Positions 27,138 through 40,025 of a stretch of 64,000 nt of DNA are shown in pieces. Under the pieces are notes generated by a model. The model searched no databases. It was not told where the DNA came from and saw only the letters and a program-made list of their open reading frames with translations. How positions within the stretch are numbered: position 1 is the stretch's first letter; every line of letters begins with the position of its first letter. Position numbers and translations under genes: made by a program. This DNA is from Hypanus sabinus (taxonomy: Eukaryota): the NCBI RefSeq assembly GCF_030144855.1, contig NC_082719.1, forward strand, positions 51,770,001 through 51,834,000, read 5' to 3'.

Positions 27138-27243
27138 TCTGTGAAGAAAGATTTCTCAGCTATGATATGGTCTTACAGATTTGGGTATGACAATCAAGGT
27201 TGGCCAAGTTTAGAAAGATCTGCCAAGCTTATCGAACAAACAG
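27138..27243 (+). CDS. CWH43: CWH43 coding exon F
   Basis: gaccag| ... ACAG|gtactg; 106 nt; [36 protein letters not shown] (start of the C-terminal EEP/DNase I-like domain). Confidence 0.95.
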
Positions 27244-28619
27244 GTACTGTATGTATTCTGTTTTAGGCTCAAGTAATTTAATAAGAATATCTAAATATTT
27301 AAAAATGTTAAAATAATCACTCTAAGTATTTTACTGAACTCTGCCATGGATGATTCCAATCCTGGCTGTGAAAGGAAGAGTGCTGGACATGGGACAGAAA
27401 TGTCAACAAAAGCTCTAAAGACCTCATCCTTGGGAGAGGAAAGATCTTCAAAGATGGGCTAGACCTGGGGACAACTTGAAAGACCGACTCAGGATAGAGG
27501 ACTCTGGTCAGCTGCTGATGCCCCAGTAAGGGTGATGGACTTAAGAAGAATAAATATTTTACTATGATGTTTTGCACTTTTTTTTTGATCTGAGGTTTCT
27601 GTTCTCTTTCTTGGAAGATGTTGATTGCTGGATGATGTAAAGACTACGTAGGCATTGTTGGAATAAGGGTATTGTAGGCAAAGAGAGGGTATTTGGTTTG
27701 TCTTTAGTCACCCAAAATTTGGTATAGAGATGCTCCTTGAATTATTGCACATAACCATTTTAAATTCTTCCATGCGCATCACAACCATGACATTGTCTAT
27801 CCCAAACTGAGAAATTGATGGAGTGCTAACTTCTTGAACCATTGCACATCTTAATACAAAGGGCTTGCGAGCTCTTCATCTGTCAGAGTCAATAACATTA
27901 ATGTGAAGCTGAAGCATCTTTTGGTAATTCACACTAATGACTATTCCTTTTAAGCTTATGTTCTCTAGTAGCCAAGCTTCCATAAAGGCTCACTTGGGAT
28001 TGTGTTCCAAAACATGTGCACATGTATATTTCCAACCAATAGTTGGGAATCCTGCTAATTTTTACTCTACTACCCAGAATCTCTGATGCCACAAATAGTG
28101 TTACTTGAAATCAGCTGTCCATTTAGATTAGCTATAAAGGTCATGATTCAAAAGAGAACAAAATGTGGCTTGCCCCCCATCCCTTGTGACATAATTTTCT
28201 TAATTTCTGCTGCCACTATTTGCTGCTCAAGTAAGGAGAACACATTGGTGAAGAATATTCCATCCCTTGTGACCATCTGCCCACCGGTACATGGACTGTA
28301 AAGGTTTAGAAGGTTATGTGAGAAGGTAAGGGAATGTGTTAGCATTGACATTTGAGAATGTGCACTGAGGAATACTGCTGCTGGTCCATGAATGATGGCA
28401 GAAGTGTGAGGAAGTGAAAGTGGTAACAGTGAGTCCCGTAACAGAGCATTGAAATAGGGGTAGTTTGGTGTATTACAGTGATTGAAGTAGAGTGCAGGGA
28501 ATTGGAGAAGGATAGGGATCCGGTATAAGAGAGTAAAGAACTCAGTGGGAAGTAATGACAGATCTGACGTTGGAGGATTAGCTGGGAAAATTGTGCTACG
28601 TTTGAGAAAGATACTTCAA

Positions 28620-29225
28620 ATTCTCGTATACTCAGCCTCTTCACCCTGCCATTGTAAGTCATCTCCAATAACACAGTTGCCTGCAGCTAACATTCTCTAG
28701 CTATAGTTTCGCCTCCACCAGAATTGATGTGGCTCTCAACCATCTGTTCAACATCCACTCCCCCTCCCACCCAGAACACGCATGGGTTTTCCCTTGTATT
28801 TACCATCCAATCCATTGACATCCACATTAAACATTATGCTAAAACAAAACTCCCCACTCTTTCTCTCTCCTCCTCAATCAGAATTCCAAAGGGATTGTGG
28901 CTTCAATTACACTGGTCTATTCTTCCATCGTCACCAATGTTCATTTACCTTCCCAAGCAACCTCGAGATGGAGCAGGTTCTCCTGTTACCTCCTGTCAGG
29001 GGCCAAATACACTTTTCATTGTGAAACATGGTTAGGGCACTGAATGTAAACCAAATTTGATGCACATGATGAGGTCACCTCTACAGTGGGGAAATCCAAT
29101 ATTGATTGAACAATCACACTTTGTAGAATATTCCTTTCAAACTGCAAAGACAATCATGAGCTTCAAATGGTCATTTTAATTCCCCATCGCATTTCCATTA
29201 TGACCTCTTGTTTTTAACTCTTGAC
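28620..29225 (+). mobile_element. Old Penelope-like remnant
   Basis: Decayed similarity to 16817-17690 (cccttgtatttacc, cattttaattccccatcgcatttccat = HFNSPSH). Confidence 0.55.
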
Positions 29226-30039
29226 CTCTGGTTGCAGAGTCACACAACACAGAAACAGGCTCTACAGCCCAACTCATCCATGCCAGCTAAGATGCCCCAT
29301 TCAAGCTAGTCCCAATTAGACCTTACGAGCAGAATTAGGCCATTCGGCCCATCAAGTTTTCTCTGCTATTCCATCTTGGCTGATTTTTTTTATTCCTCTT
29401 AACCTCATTCTTTTCCCTTCTCCCCACAACCTTAGACACGCTTACTGATCAAAAACCTATTAACCTCAGTTTTAAATATACCCAGTGACTCGATCTCAAC
29501 CACCGTCTGTGACAAAGAATTCTATGGATTCACCACCCTCCAGCTAAAGGAATACCTCCTCTTGTCTGTTCTAAAGGAGCGTCCTTCTGTTTTGAGGCAG
29601 ATCCTGTGTCCTTGACTAAGCTGTCTAGTCAATCCCTCCCACATAGCGCTCCATTTTTTTCTATCTTTCTTGTGCTATCTAAATTTCTTATATGTCCCTA
29701 ATGTATCTGCATCTACCACCACCACTGGCAGGGCATTCCACACACCCACCACTTTCTGTGGTTTTTAAAAAAAAAACCTACCTCTAACATCCCCCTACAC
29801 TTTCCTCCAATCATCTTAAAGTTATGCCCTCCTATTGACAGATTTGATTTCCAATTGCTGCCCACACAGTCACTTTGATAGATACTTTATTGATCCCAAA
29901 GGAAATTACAGTGTCACAGCAGCATTACAAGTTCACAGATATACAAACATTATGAGAAGTAAGAAAGAATATAAAAAAGCAATAAAGAATTAAAAAAATA
30001 AGTTGCCTAAAAATAATTTGTGTGCATTAAGCACACGCA

Positions 30040-32400
30040 CTGTGGAGCTGTGCAAAGGGAGAATGACACTTATCAGTGTTTGGCACATAACCTCCTAACC
30101 TTTTCCAATCCATGTAGCTGTCCAACTGTCTTTTCAAAGATGTTATTATACCTGCCTCTGGTACTTTTTGCAACAGCTCACTCCAAATAAGTGCTACCCT
30201 CTGCGAGTTTAAAAAAAACACATTGTTCTTCTAGTTCCTTAAATCTTTCCCCTCTCATCTTAAGCCTATAACCCGCTCTGGGGAAAAAGACTGAGTGTAT
30301 TCTCCCAGTCTGTGCCTCTCATGATTTTATATGACTCTATAAAATCACATCTCAGTCTTCTACGTTTGAAGGTATGAAATACTAGCCTGTCCAACCTCTC
30401 CCAATAATTCAGTCTCTCAAGTCCTTGTAAATAATTTCTGTTCTCTTTCTAGTTTAATACCATTTTCCCTATAGCAGTGCAACCAGAACTTGGCATAATA
30501 CTCAAGTGTAGCCTCCTCGACAACCACACCATGGCCTCCCAACATTTATTCTTGATGCCTGGCTTGTGAAACCCCTGTCCTTCAAGATATATGTATATCT
30601 TGTCTCTCTGAATCTGCTCCAGTAACTTGCCTGCCACAGATGTTAGACTTGCTGCCCATCAGTTCCCTGCTTTTTTTAATCTTTACTACTCTTACATAAA
30701 GGCATAACATCCATTACCTTGCAGAGATACTGTATCTCTACCATAGGAGGTGTAAAGCACTGCTTCCCTCTGCTAGCCTGTAGGTCACCCTTGGGCAAAA
30801 TGTAGCACCTGCTTAGCTTCCCAATCAGGGTCCATGGGAGTAGGTGGTGGATGGTCACATGAATGGCTGGTGCATATCACAAATCCAGGTTTTGCAACTA
30901 CTGACGCCAGGCAGACAATCCCTGAAGAGTATTGAAAACGGCTGAAATCACCTGTCTTGTAATGACACTGCTCAGAAGAAGGCAATGGCAAACCACTTGT
31001 GTAGAAAAATTTGCCAAGAACAATCATGGTTGTGGAAAGACAGTGATCCCCCACGTCATACAATGTGGCATATAACGAATGGACAGTCTACCATAGCTAA
31101 CAATGACGAAAATATCTGGTTCCTGCAGTTTCTTTACCCTCCCACAATATACCTGATCAGGCCCTAGAGATTTATCTAAGTTCATCACTTTTAAGACATC
31201 CAGCACTCCCTCTAATGATGATTATCTCTAAGACCTGTCCATTTACTTCTCCTAGTCTTGAAGTCTTTGTCTTTCTCCATGGTGAAAACAGAGGAGAAAA
31301 ACTCATTTAGGAGCCTGTCCATTTTCTGTAGCTCTACACAAGTGTCCTATTGGTCTTTGAGGGACCCTATTCTCTCCCTAGTTACTCTTTTTGCCTGAAT
31401 ATATTTAACCTGTTTTGTATTTTTCTTAATCTTCTCTGCCAAACTTATTTTTCCCTCCTAAGTTCCTGCACTCCTATACTTTTCCGAGGATTCACTTGAT
31501 TTCAGCTGCCTGTACCCAAAAAGTTTTATCTCCTTTTTCTTGGCCAGAGTCTCAACACTGCTCATCATTCAGAGCCTCCTATTCCTATAAGCCTTATCCT
31601 TCACGTTCACTGGAATATGCAGACTTTCAGCTCTTGCTAGCTCACCTTTAAAACCACCCCCCCCCCAAGTTATCTACAGTTCTTTTGCCTGCAACCAGCT
31701 TCTCCAATCAACATTCGCAAGCTCCTAATAATCCCAGAATGCACTGTACCCCAATTTAGAACTTGAACCTGTGGGATAGTTCTCTTCCCTTCCCTAACTT
31801 TAAAAAAATCTATTAGAACTAAGGTCACTGGTACCAAAGTGCTCTTCCACTGTCACCTCAGTCACTTAACCTGTCATGTTCTCCTAGTAAAGCCCCTCCA
31901 CTATATACTTTCTTGAACTCACTTAATAAATTCCACCACTTTTAAGACAACAGTATGGCAGTCCAAATCTATATCAGTAAAATTAAAATCCCCTACTTTG
32001 ACAACCTTATTATGAAACTCTCACGATCTCCTTGCATAGTTGGACTTCTAATTCATGTAGCCTATTTGGGGGCCTACAGTACAATCCCAACAATAGGTTA
32101 ATCCCCTTATTTCTTTCTTCTGCCTATAAAGCCCCACTGTACAATCTCTGACTACTGCTGTGAGATTCCCTACCATTAAAAATGCAACTCTCTTCCCTCT
32201 TCCACTTCTGTCTCGTCTGAAGCATCTTTATCCTGGAACATTAAGCTGCTAGTTCGTGTCCCTCCTTTAACCATTTTTCTGTAATGGCTATAATATTTCC
32301 CACATATCTATCCAATCCCTAAATGCATCTGCTTCACCTATCAGACTTACTGTGTTAAAATAAATGCCAATTAATCCAATAGTTTTTCTCTTGTTCCTGA
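30040..32400 (-). mobile_element. Long decayed CR1 LINE (tail through APE)
   Basis: DKSLGPDQVY, GKLLEQI.RDKIY.YLE, YCRPPN and VGDFNF remnants on the reverse strand. Confidence 0.75.
30747..31086 (+). mobile_element. Non-autonomous retroelement (RTE-tail-like SINE) inserted in CR1
   Basis: 10-bp TSD TCTACCATAG (30737-30746, 31087-31096); contains GAAGGCAATGGCAAACCACT, reminiscent of RTE/BovB-related SINEs. Confidence 0.7.
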
Positions 32401-32821
32401 CCATTGTCTCACCTGTTATAGCTGTTCAACTTGCCATTGCCTTCTAGCCTCTTATTTGCCTCCCTGATGATTGTGATCTCTTTTATACTGTTCCATTGTA
32501 CATTTGAAGAACATTACCTCATTTTCTGATGAGGCTCTCAGAATTAGTAATTTCAAGTTATCAGTTACCCAGTTTTGCTCTGTTAGCATTTTCTTTTAAT
32601 CTAGTAATTTCAGAGTTCATTCATTTCCTGTATACACCTCTCCCAGAAATATCCACGGGTCTGTACTGGCCTGAAGCAGGTGTCAGTCAGTCAGTCCTGC
32701 CCTCCACCCTTTCACAGGTTTCCCTCTGTTCTCCATGACCCTGCTCCAGTGCTTTTCATTATATTAATTTCTGCATCAGCCTCGGGCTCTCTCCGCAGCT
32801 GCTGCCTGACCTGCTAAGTGT

Positions 32822-33015
32822 CACAGACAGCTGTGGAGGCTAAGACTGTGTGTACATTTAATGTGAAAATTGTTAGTTTCTTGATTGGTCAGGGCATCAA
32901 AGGATATGGCGAGAAGGCAGGTGTATGGGGTTCAGTGGGATCTGGGATCAGTCATGATGGAATGGCAGAGCAGACTTGATGGACTGAATGGCTTAATTCT
33001 CCTGTGTCTCATGGT
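32822..33015 (+). mobile_element. Short 5'-truncated CR1 tail inserted in a Penelope-type tail
   Basis: 8-bp TSD CTAAGTGT (32814-32821, 33016-33023); CR1 3' UTR sequence. Confidence 0.8.
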
Positions 33016-33265
33016 CTAAGTGTTTCTTGCATTTTTTGCTTTATGCTAATGTTTAGATCATCTTTAAGAAGCTGCTTTTTAATTATTGTCAGCTAAATAT
33101 GATAAAGGCATCGCATTGGCTGTTTTCTGGTGGTATTTGTAAAACTGATTCATGCACTTGAAATTATGCTGCAGGTTTTGCCTGATTTGGGCAGGTATTA
33201 CCAGCTAATAATCTCCTCTGTTAACTATAACCCTTCTTAACTTAGCACCTTGTTATCAACAATAG

Positions 33266-33401
33266 GTGCAGACTTAATTACTATATTGGAAAGCGATGCC
33301 TCTAAACCTTTCCTTGGAAATAACGATCTCACCATGTGGTTGGGAGAGAAGCTGGGATTTTACACGGATTTTGGTCCAAGCACAAAAGATCACACCTGGG
33401 G
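33266..33401 (+). CDS. CWH43: CWH43 coding exon G
   Basis: aatag| ... TGGGG|gtaagt; 136 nt; [45 protein letters not shown]. Confidence 0.97.
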
Positions 33402-34600
33402 GTAAGTCTATGACAATCATTTTCACTGGTAGTTCTCAACCTTTTTCTGCTTGTTGCCCACTTGTGACATTCATTTACTCCCTACATAGTCTCTGTTAGT
33501 TGCTTTAGTTTTTTGGTCAACTGTACTAATTATTCAAATATACAGTCAATATTTATGTTTTAATGGATTATAGGTATTGTATGTTAAATATAATGTTACA
33601 ATATAATATGTTAAATATCTTGCTATAATGAATAACAAAACTATTTCAAAGCTCTGAATAGGATACTACATTTATAATGTATATAATATTCTTCCAACCA
33701 GCAACAAAAAAGTGCTTAATAGTGTGACTTTCAATATTTAGTGAGATCCTTGCAACTGATGCAAACTAGTGAATCTTTGAATATCTGGTTGCGACTTGGT
33801 TAAAGGTAAACAAAGATCACCTCTTTTCATATCAAGGCAGTTATGAACTTTCGATAGCAGGTGAAGAACTTGACTAAAACCACATTCAACTAGATAAGAG
33901 GTGGCAAATCCAATTAAAAACAACTTTGCTTTCCCGCAGAGCTGTGGAAACTTATCTTGAATATCACTAGTTATCCAGAAATTTTGCTTGCTGCGTTTCA
34001 ATTTTGCTTGAGCAGCTCAAAAAGACATTCTTACAATATGGTGTCAATGTTACTCTCATTCACTCCAAATGGATCCACCACCCAGTCTGGAATATGCACC
34101 TCCAGTAGGTCTGAACTGAAATTCCGTATCAGTGTGCAGTTGTTTCAAATGATCAAGCTATACAATGAAATTGTCATCTTGCAGTTCTATTTTAAAAGTG
34201 GCCAGTGAAGGAAATGCGTAAATATGTGATGTCTGAAATTGCTGCTGGAAGTTTTGGGTTTTCCAGGGAAGGCGGTAATATGAAGGCATGATATGAGATC
34301 GCAGTGTTTCTTTCCTTGTGACTGTTTATTTAATAAATTCAGGTTTTCAAACTGTTAAAATATATCAGAATGGCCTGATCATCATTCAAAAACTTACCAT
34401 ATGCCATCAGAAGGGCTTCATTATCATGCAATGTGCCTTTATTCATTTGCAGGGCAAACCTCTTACCTCACTGTTGTGTAACTAGTAGTTTTTCCACATT
34501 GACATTTCAACAATACTGGTGAGATGCTCAAGGAGATGGCTTGAATAGTTTCATATGTGCTCTGATATATAACAGCAGAAACTGCAGGCAGAATCAATGA

Positions 34601-34855
34601 GTCTCACCTATCAGACCCCCCCTTCTCTACCCCTGTATCTCTTTCACGAACTTCCCAGCTTTTTACTTCATCTCTCCCTCTCCTGGTTTCACATATCACC
34701 TTGTGTTCTCTCTCCCCTTCACCCACCTTTTAAATCTATTCATCCTTTTTCCTCCAGTCCTGCTGAAGTGTCTCAGCCCAAAATGTCAACTGCACTTTTT
34801 TCTATAGATGCTGCCTGCCTGGTCTGTTGAGTTCCTCCAGCATTTTGTGTGTGTT
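34601..34855 (+). mobile_element. Non-coding Penelope-type terminal fragment with decayed hammerhead
   Basis: Pyrimidine-rich body, then gtcCTGCTGAagtgtctcagcccAAAAtgtc, then the conserved tail; 14-bp TSD GGCAG(A/T)ATCAATGA (34587-34600, 34856-34869). Confidence 0.85.
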
Positions 34856-35089
34856 GGCAGTATCAATGATTCGACTATATTATGTGGCTTGACGACTTTT
34901 GCAATTTAATTTGTCATCTCATAGGATGCATGTAAACCTTTGTCTACCTTATTATTATATTGTGTTTTGAAGTAATTCAGTGCCATCTTTTGTATCCTTA
35001 TGTCCTGTCTCAAAGTACTTAATCAGCTTACATGGTCACATACTTTCAAGTGAAAGTGTAGTCTTACAAATTTGGCACAGCAGAATCCT

Positions 35090-35725
35090 TTTTGTCCTGT
35101 GGGGATTCACCACCCTCTGCGAAAGAAAATTTTCCTTATCTCAGTTCTAAATGGACGTCGGCAGCTGTGCCTTCTGGTCCTAGACTCTCCCACTCTATGA
35201 AACATCCTTTCTGTCTAGGTATTCCAATATTCAATAGATTTCAATTATATCCACCTTCAGTCTTCTAAACTCCACTGAGTAGAGGCAGAGAGCCATCAAA
35301 CACTTTTCATATGTTAACCCTTTCATTCCTGGGATCATTCTCATGTACCACCTCTGGACTCTCTCCAACACCAGCACATCCTTTCTTAGATTAGGGGTTT
35401 GACAATAAGTGTGGTTTGACCAATAAAGCCTCAGCATCCTTTCTTTCCTCTTGAGATGAACGCTAACTTTGCATTTGCCTTCCTTACCATTTACTCAACC
35501 TGCAAGTTAACCTCTAGGGAATGCTGCATGAGGACTCCCACATCCTTTTGCACCTCTGATCTTTGAATTTTCTCCTCATTTAGAAAATAGTGTATGTCTT
35601 TATTCCTTCTGCCAAAGTACATGACCATGCACTTCCCCACACTATATTCCATCTACCACTTCCTTGTCCATTCCCTCAATCTAAGTCTTTCTGCAGACAG
35701 CCTGCTTCCTCAACACTACCTGCTC
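35090..35725 (-). mobile_element. CR1 LINE 3' fragment
   Basis: LRKDVLVLERVQR...RMIPGMKGLTYE..L..L.LYS.EFRRL. Confidence 0.85.
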
Positions 35726-35729
35726 TTTC

Positions 35730-36680
35730 CACCAATGTAGTTATCAGAGGTCTCCCAGAGTTTCCACATTCCACCCAAAGAAAATGCCACTGCCTCTGGA
35801 CCCATTCTCAGCACACTAGCTATGTACTAACAGAGGAAAAAATGCTTACTAGAAACTTCCTCTCTTATGCTTGCCCAAGCTTGTTCTCACCAAAGCCTGT
35901 TGAGCCAAAGCTGGACCACTCTGACACTGCCCTACTCACACAATGGCTGCTCCATTTACACTTCCTTTTTATCAGCTCCTTGCTGATTTCAGCCCACCGA
36001 AAAAGAGCCAGAAAGTACCCAAGCTCATTTATTAAACCTCATGAATGATCTCTTGTGCTGATTGCAGTCCACCAAAAATATACTTTTTATACGTATGTAT
36101 ATGTTTGTATTTTTTTTTAATCACCCCTTATGGGTGTATATATGTGTATTTTCCCTCAATCTCGGGTCCTCTACCAGAGGGTTTGGCACCGTATCCTTGC
36201 TCCTCCTAGTAGTGTGCTCTTCTGGACCAAGATCTCAGACCTATTCCTGAGATTTATTGACCACTCACCCAGTCCAGGAGTCACAGCTCCATATGCTCTT
36301 ATCACCATTGCGATTACTCTGGCTTTAACCTTCCACATTCTTTCTATCTGCTCTTTCAAGCCCTGGTATTTCTCCAGCTTCTCATATTTATTCCTGATGT
36401 TACTGTCATTCTGGATTGCCACGTCTATTATTATTGCTTTCTTTTGTTCCTTGTCCGATATTACCATGTCTGGTTGGTTAGCCAGTACCTGCTTATCAGT
36501 CTGTATTTGGAAGTCCCACAGGATCTCAGTTCTGTCATTCTTCTTGACTGTCTCGGGAATTTCCTATTTTGACTTGGGCATGTCCAATCCACACTCCACA
36601 TAGATGTTCCTGTACATGATTCCTCCAACTTAGTTGTGCCATTCAGTGTATATTGTCCCTGCCTGCATCTTGCACCCTGA
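35730..36680 (-). mobile_element. R4/Dong-clade non-LTR retrotransposon 3' fragment (restriction-like endonuclease)
   Basis: Reverse strand ILWDFQIQTDKQVLANQPDMVISDKEQKKAIIIDVAI..D.NI..K.EKLEKYQ.L (PD..D/E.K restriction-like endonuclease signature); extent of the 3' UTR approximate. Confidence 0.8.
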
Positions 36681-37869
36681 CAGACAGACAGATATACTGT
36701 ATTGATCCAGAGGGAAATTGGGTTTTCGTTACTATGCTACTATGTGCTTAATGGTTTCAGCAGATCATACTATATAAAACATAAACAGTAACAACTATAG
36801 AGTCATGTGAGTAGACTCTATAGAAAGTTAGTAAATGTCAAAGGATTATAATAAGTATATATAATCTCACATGAAGAAGTATCAGTAATGAACATACATG
36901 TAAAAATAAAACTTCCCAAAAAGAAGTTCTTAGCTACATGTTATGTCTATTTTTTTTTAAATACTATTATATATGCAAATTCTATGTAGCATAATCACCA
37001 AGAAGAGCAAATGGAACTTCCTTTCAAAATAGGATGAGTATCAGGGATTGAATGGAAGTTGTAGTGGTAGAGAGTGATGCAGTGGTAGACTTCATGTCTC
37101 TCTGCAGTTTAGCCATTTCTGGCCAATGACCCCACTGCAGTAACTGCAGCCTTCATGGTCACACTTAAGTACTATAACACACATAGGTCAGTGGAAGGCA
37201 AACAGAACCAGCCTGCTGCTACATGCTCACTAATTGGCTTTGCTGCAGACAGCCCCACCCAATCTTCAATTTGTTCAAAATAATCATAATAATTATAATT
37301 AGATTCATACAATTTGGCCATGCCAGGCTTTCCATATTAATCTCCTGATAAAGGTTCTGACAATCTTTCAGTTGGAATTAGATGTGGCTGGTTTCCTGGT
37401 AATTATCTAAAACAAAGTAATCATAATTACTACCTGATGGAGCACGTTGCAGGGTATCCTGTAGAATCTCATCCGCCTGCTCACTCTATAATCAGTGATT
37501 TGGGGTTGGATGTGGAGCAGGATGGGGCTCAGTGGGTGATGATTTCTGCAAGGCCAAGCAGATGCAGAGTTAACAATTGATGTGCTACACCCTACCCCAC
37601 CCCACACGCGTAGGCTAAGCTGCTTTGTTGCCTCATTTGTTTCATTTAGCATATTTTCCCATTCATTTCATTCAGGGTTCCAATTAAAATACGAATATTC
37701 ATTTCTATTTATACATTTTAGTAATATTTCATTAAAACAGTAAACTTATCATGGCCCATTCAGAAACTCGTGTGGCCCCCAGTTTCTTGTTTCTACTTGT
37801 GGTCTCTACGATATCTGGCATAGACCCCTAGAGGCCATATGGCCCACATTGTAAACCACTGATTTATAC

Positions 37870-39490
37870 CTCATAGGATCATAGAAAAGTGCAGCACAGG
37901 AACAGGACCTTTGGCCCATTCAGTCCATGCTGAACCATTTAATCAGCTACTCCCATCAACCTGCACTGCACCATACCCATACCATCCATGTACCTATTCC
38001 AAACTTCTCCTAAACATTGAAATTAAGCTCTCATGCACCACTTGTGCTGGCAGCTCATTCCAAACTCTCACAAATCTCTGAGTGAAGAAGTTTTCCCTCA
38101 TATTCCCCTTAAGCTTTTCATCTTTCATTCTTAACTTATTATCTTTATAGTTCCACCTAACCTCAGTGGAAAAAGCCTGTTTGCATTTATCTTATCTATA
38201 CCACTCATAATTTTGGATACCTCTATCAAATCTCCTTTCAGTCTCCAATTCCAAGGAATAATCTATTAATCTTTCTTCATCACTCAGACCCTCCAGACAG
38301 GCAACACTCTTATAAACTTCCATTTTTCACACAATACTCCCAAATAGGCCTCACTGATGTCTTTTACAACTTCAACAAAGCATCCCATCTCCTGTACTCA
38401 ATACTTTGACTTATGAATGCCAATGTGTCACAAGTCTATTTACCTGTGATGAATTTTTCAATTCCAATTGGTCCAGATCCCACTGCAAGCATGATAGTCC
38501 TTCTCACTGATTCAGTTAACCACATTACCATCCAGATCATTGATATAGATGATAAACAACAATGGACCCAGCTCCGATCCCTGCAGCACTCCACTAGTCA
38601 CAGGCCTCCATCATCTACCACTTGCTGCCTTTTCCCACAAAGCCAATATCTCATGCAATTTATTACCTCATCTTAAATGTCGAGCAACTGAACCTTCTTG
38701 ACCAACCTCCCATGTGGTACTTTGTCAATTGTCCATGTAGACAACATCCACTGCCTTGCCTTCTTCATCCACTTTCCTGGTAACTTCCTCAAAAAAACTC
38801 TACAAGACTGGTCAGACATGATCTACCATGCACAAAGCCATGCTGAGTATCCTTACTCAGTCCACGTCTATCCAAATACTCATATATCCGGTCTATTAGA
38901 ATACCTTCTGTGGTAAACTATGTATACCTGTCTGGACACGCCCCTCTGCTGACTGCTCCTGTGGCTCCTCCCACAGACCCCTGTATAAAGGTGATTGGAG
39001 GCACTGCTCCTCCCTCAGTCTCCAGGATGTAGTGGTCTTGTTTGCTGCTAATAAAAGCCTATCGTTCGCCTCCCATCTCTGAGAGTTATTGATGGTGCAT
39101 CACCTTCCAATATCTTTCCCACAACTGAAGTCAGGCTGAGTGCCCTATAATTTCCTGGTTTATTTTTATAGCCCTTCTGAATACAGCAGAACAACGTTGG
39201 CTGTCCTCCGATCCTCTGGTACCTCACCTGCTGCTGCGGATGATTTAAAGATCTCTGCTAGGACCTCAGCAATTTCTGCATTTGCCTCCCATCGAGTCCG
39301 AGGGAACACCTTGACATGCCCTGGGGATTTGACCACCCTGATTTGTCTCAAGGCAGCAAACATCTGCTCCTCTGTAAATCTGTATAGGGTCCAAGAAGTT
39401 GATGCCTCTTTGCCTCACTTCTATAGACTCTGCGTCCATCTTCGAGGTAAATATAAATGCAAAAAATTCACATAAGATCTCTCCACACCT
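37870..39490 (-). mobile_element. CR1 LINE remnant interrupted by a solo LTR
   Basis: KSPG...FPR..WEA..EIAEVLAEIFKSS...GEVPED.RTANVV; VLQGS.LGPLLF remnant. Confidence 0.82.
38909..39102 (+). mobile_element. Short solo LTR (194 bp)
   Basis: TG...CA termini, TATAAA 38984, AATAAA 39050, 5-bp TSD CCTTC on both sides. Confidence 0.9.
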
Positions 39491-39554
39491 CTTCCTCATT
39501 TCTTCTTAATTTATTATCTTGTGCTTAACCAATTAAATGATTACATGGTCTAGT

Positions 39555-40025
39555 TCCCATACCAGGCAGTGATGCAGTCAGGATGCTCTCAATTGTGGCT
39601 CTGTAGAAAGTCTTAGGATTTGGGAACTCATGCTAAACTTCTTCAACTGTCCGAGGTGAAAGAGGCGATGTTATGCTTTTTCACCACATAGCCAGTATGT
39701 ACAGACCACGAGAGATCCTCAGTGATGTGAATGCCAGGGAACTTAAAGTTATCACCCTCTCAACCCCAGATCCATTGATGTCAATAGAGGTTAGCCTGTC
39801 TCCACTCCTCCCGTATTCAACAACCATCTTCTTTGTTTTTGTGACATTGAGGGAGAGGTTGTTTTCTTGACACCACTTTGTCAGAGTGATGACTTCTTCA
39901 CTAAGCTTATTATTATTTGAGATGAGGCCTCAACCTGCGGCTGAATGTACACAGCTGTGATAATAACAGCCGTGAACCACTTAGATAGCCAAAAAGCTCT
40001 ACACAGCAGCACAAGGTACTCCAAA
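39555..40025 (-). mobile_element. Rex1/Babar LINE fragment
   Basis: Same family as 1-215; abuts an APE scrap (TAVIITAVYIQPQ), implying an internal deletion. Confidence 0.8.

Larger units (their letters stand above)
33427..37861 (-). mobile_element. hAT (Charlie/Buster-like) transposon fossil carrying nested insertions
   Basis: Termini TGGTAGTTCTCAAC / ..GTAAACCACTG; imperfect 8-bp TSD ATTTTCAC vs ATTTATAC; transposase C-terminus FP.L...AKLFLIGFATSYLVECGFSQV..LLSK. Confidence 0.75.
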
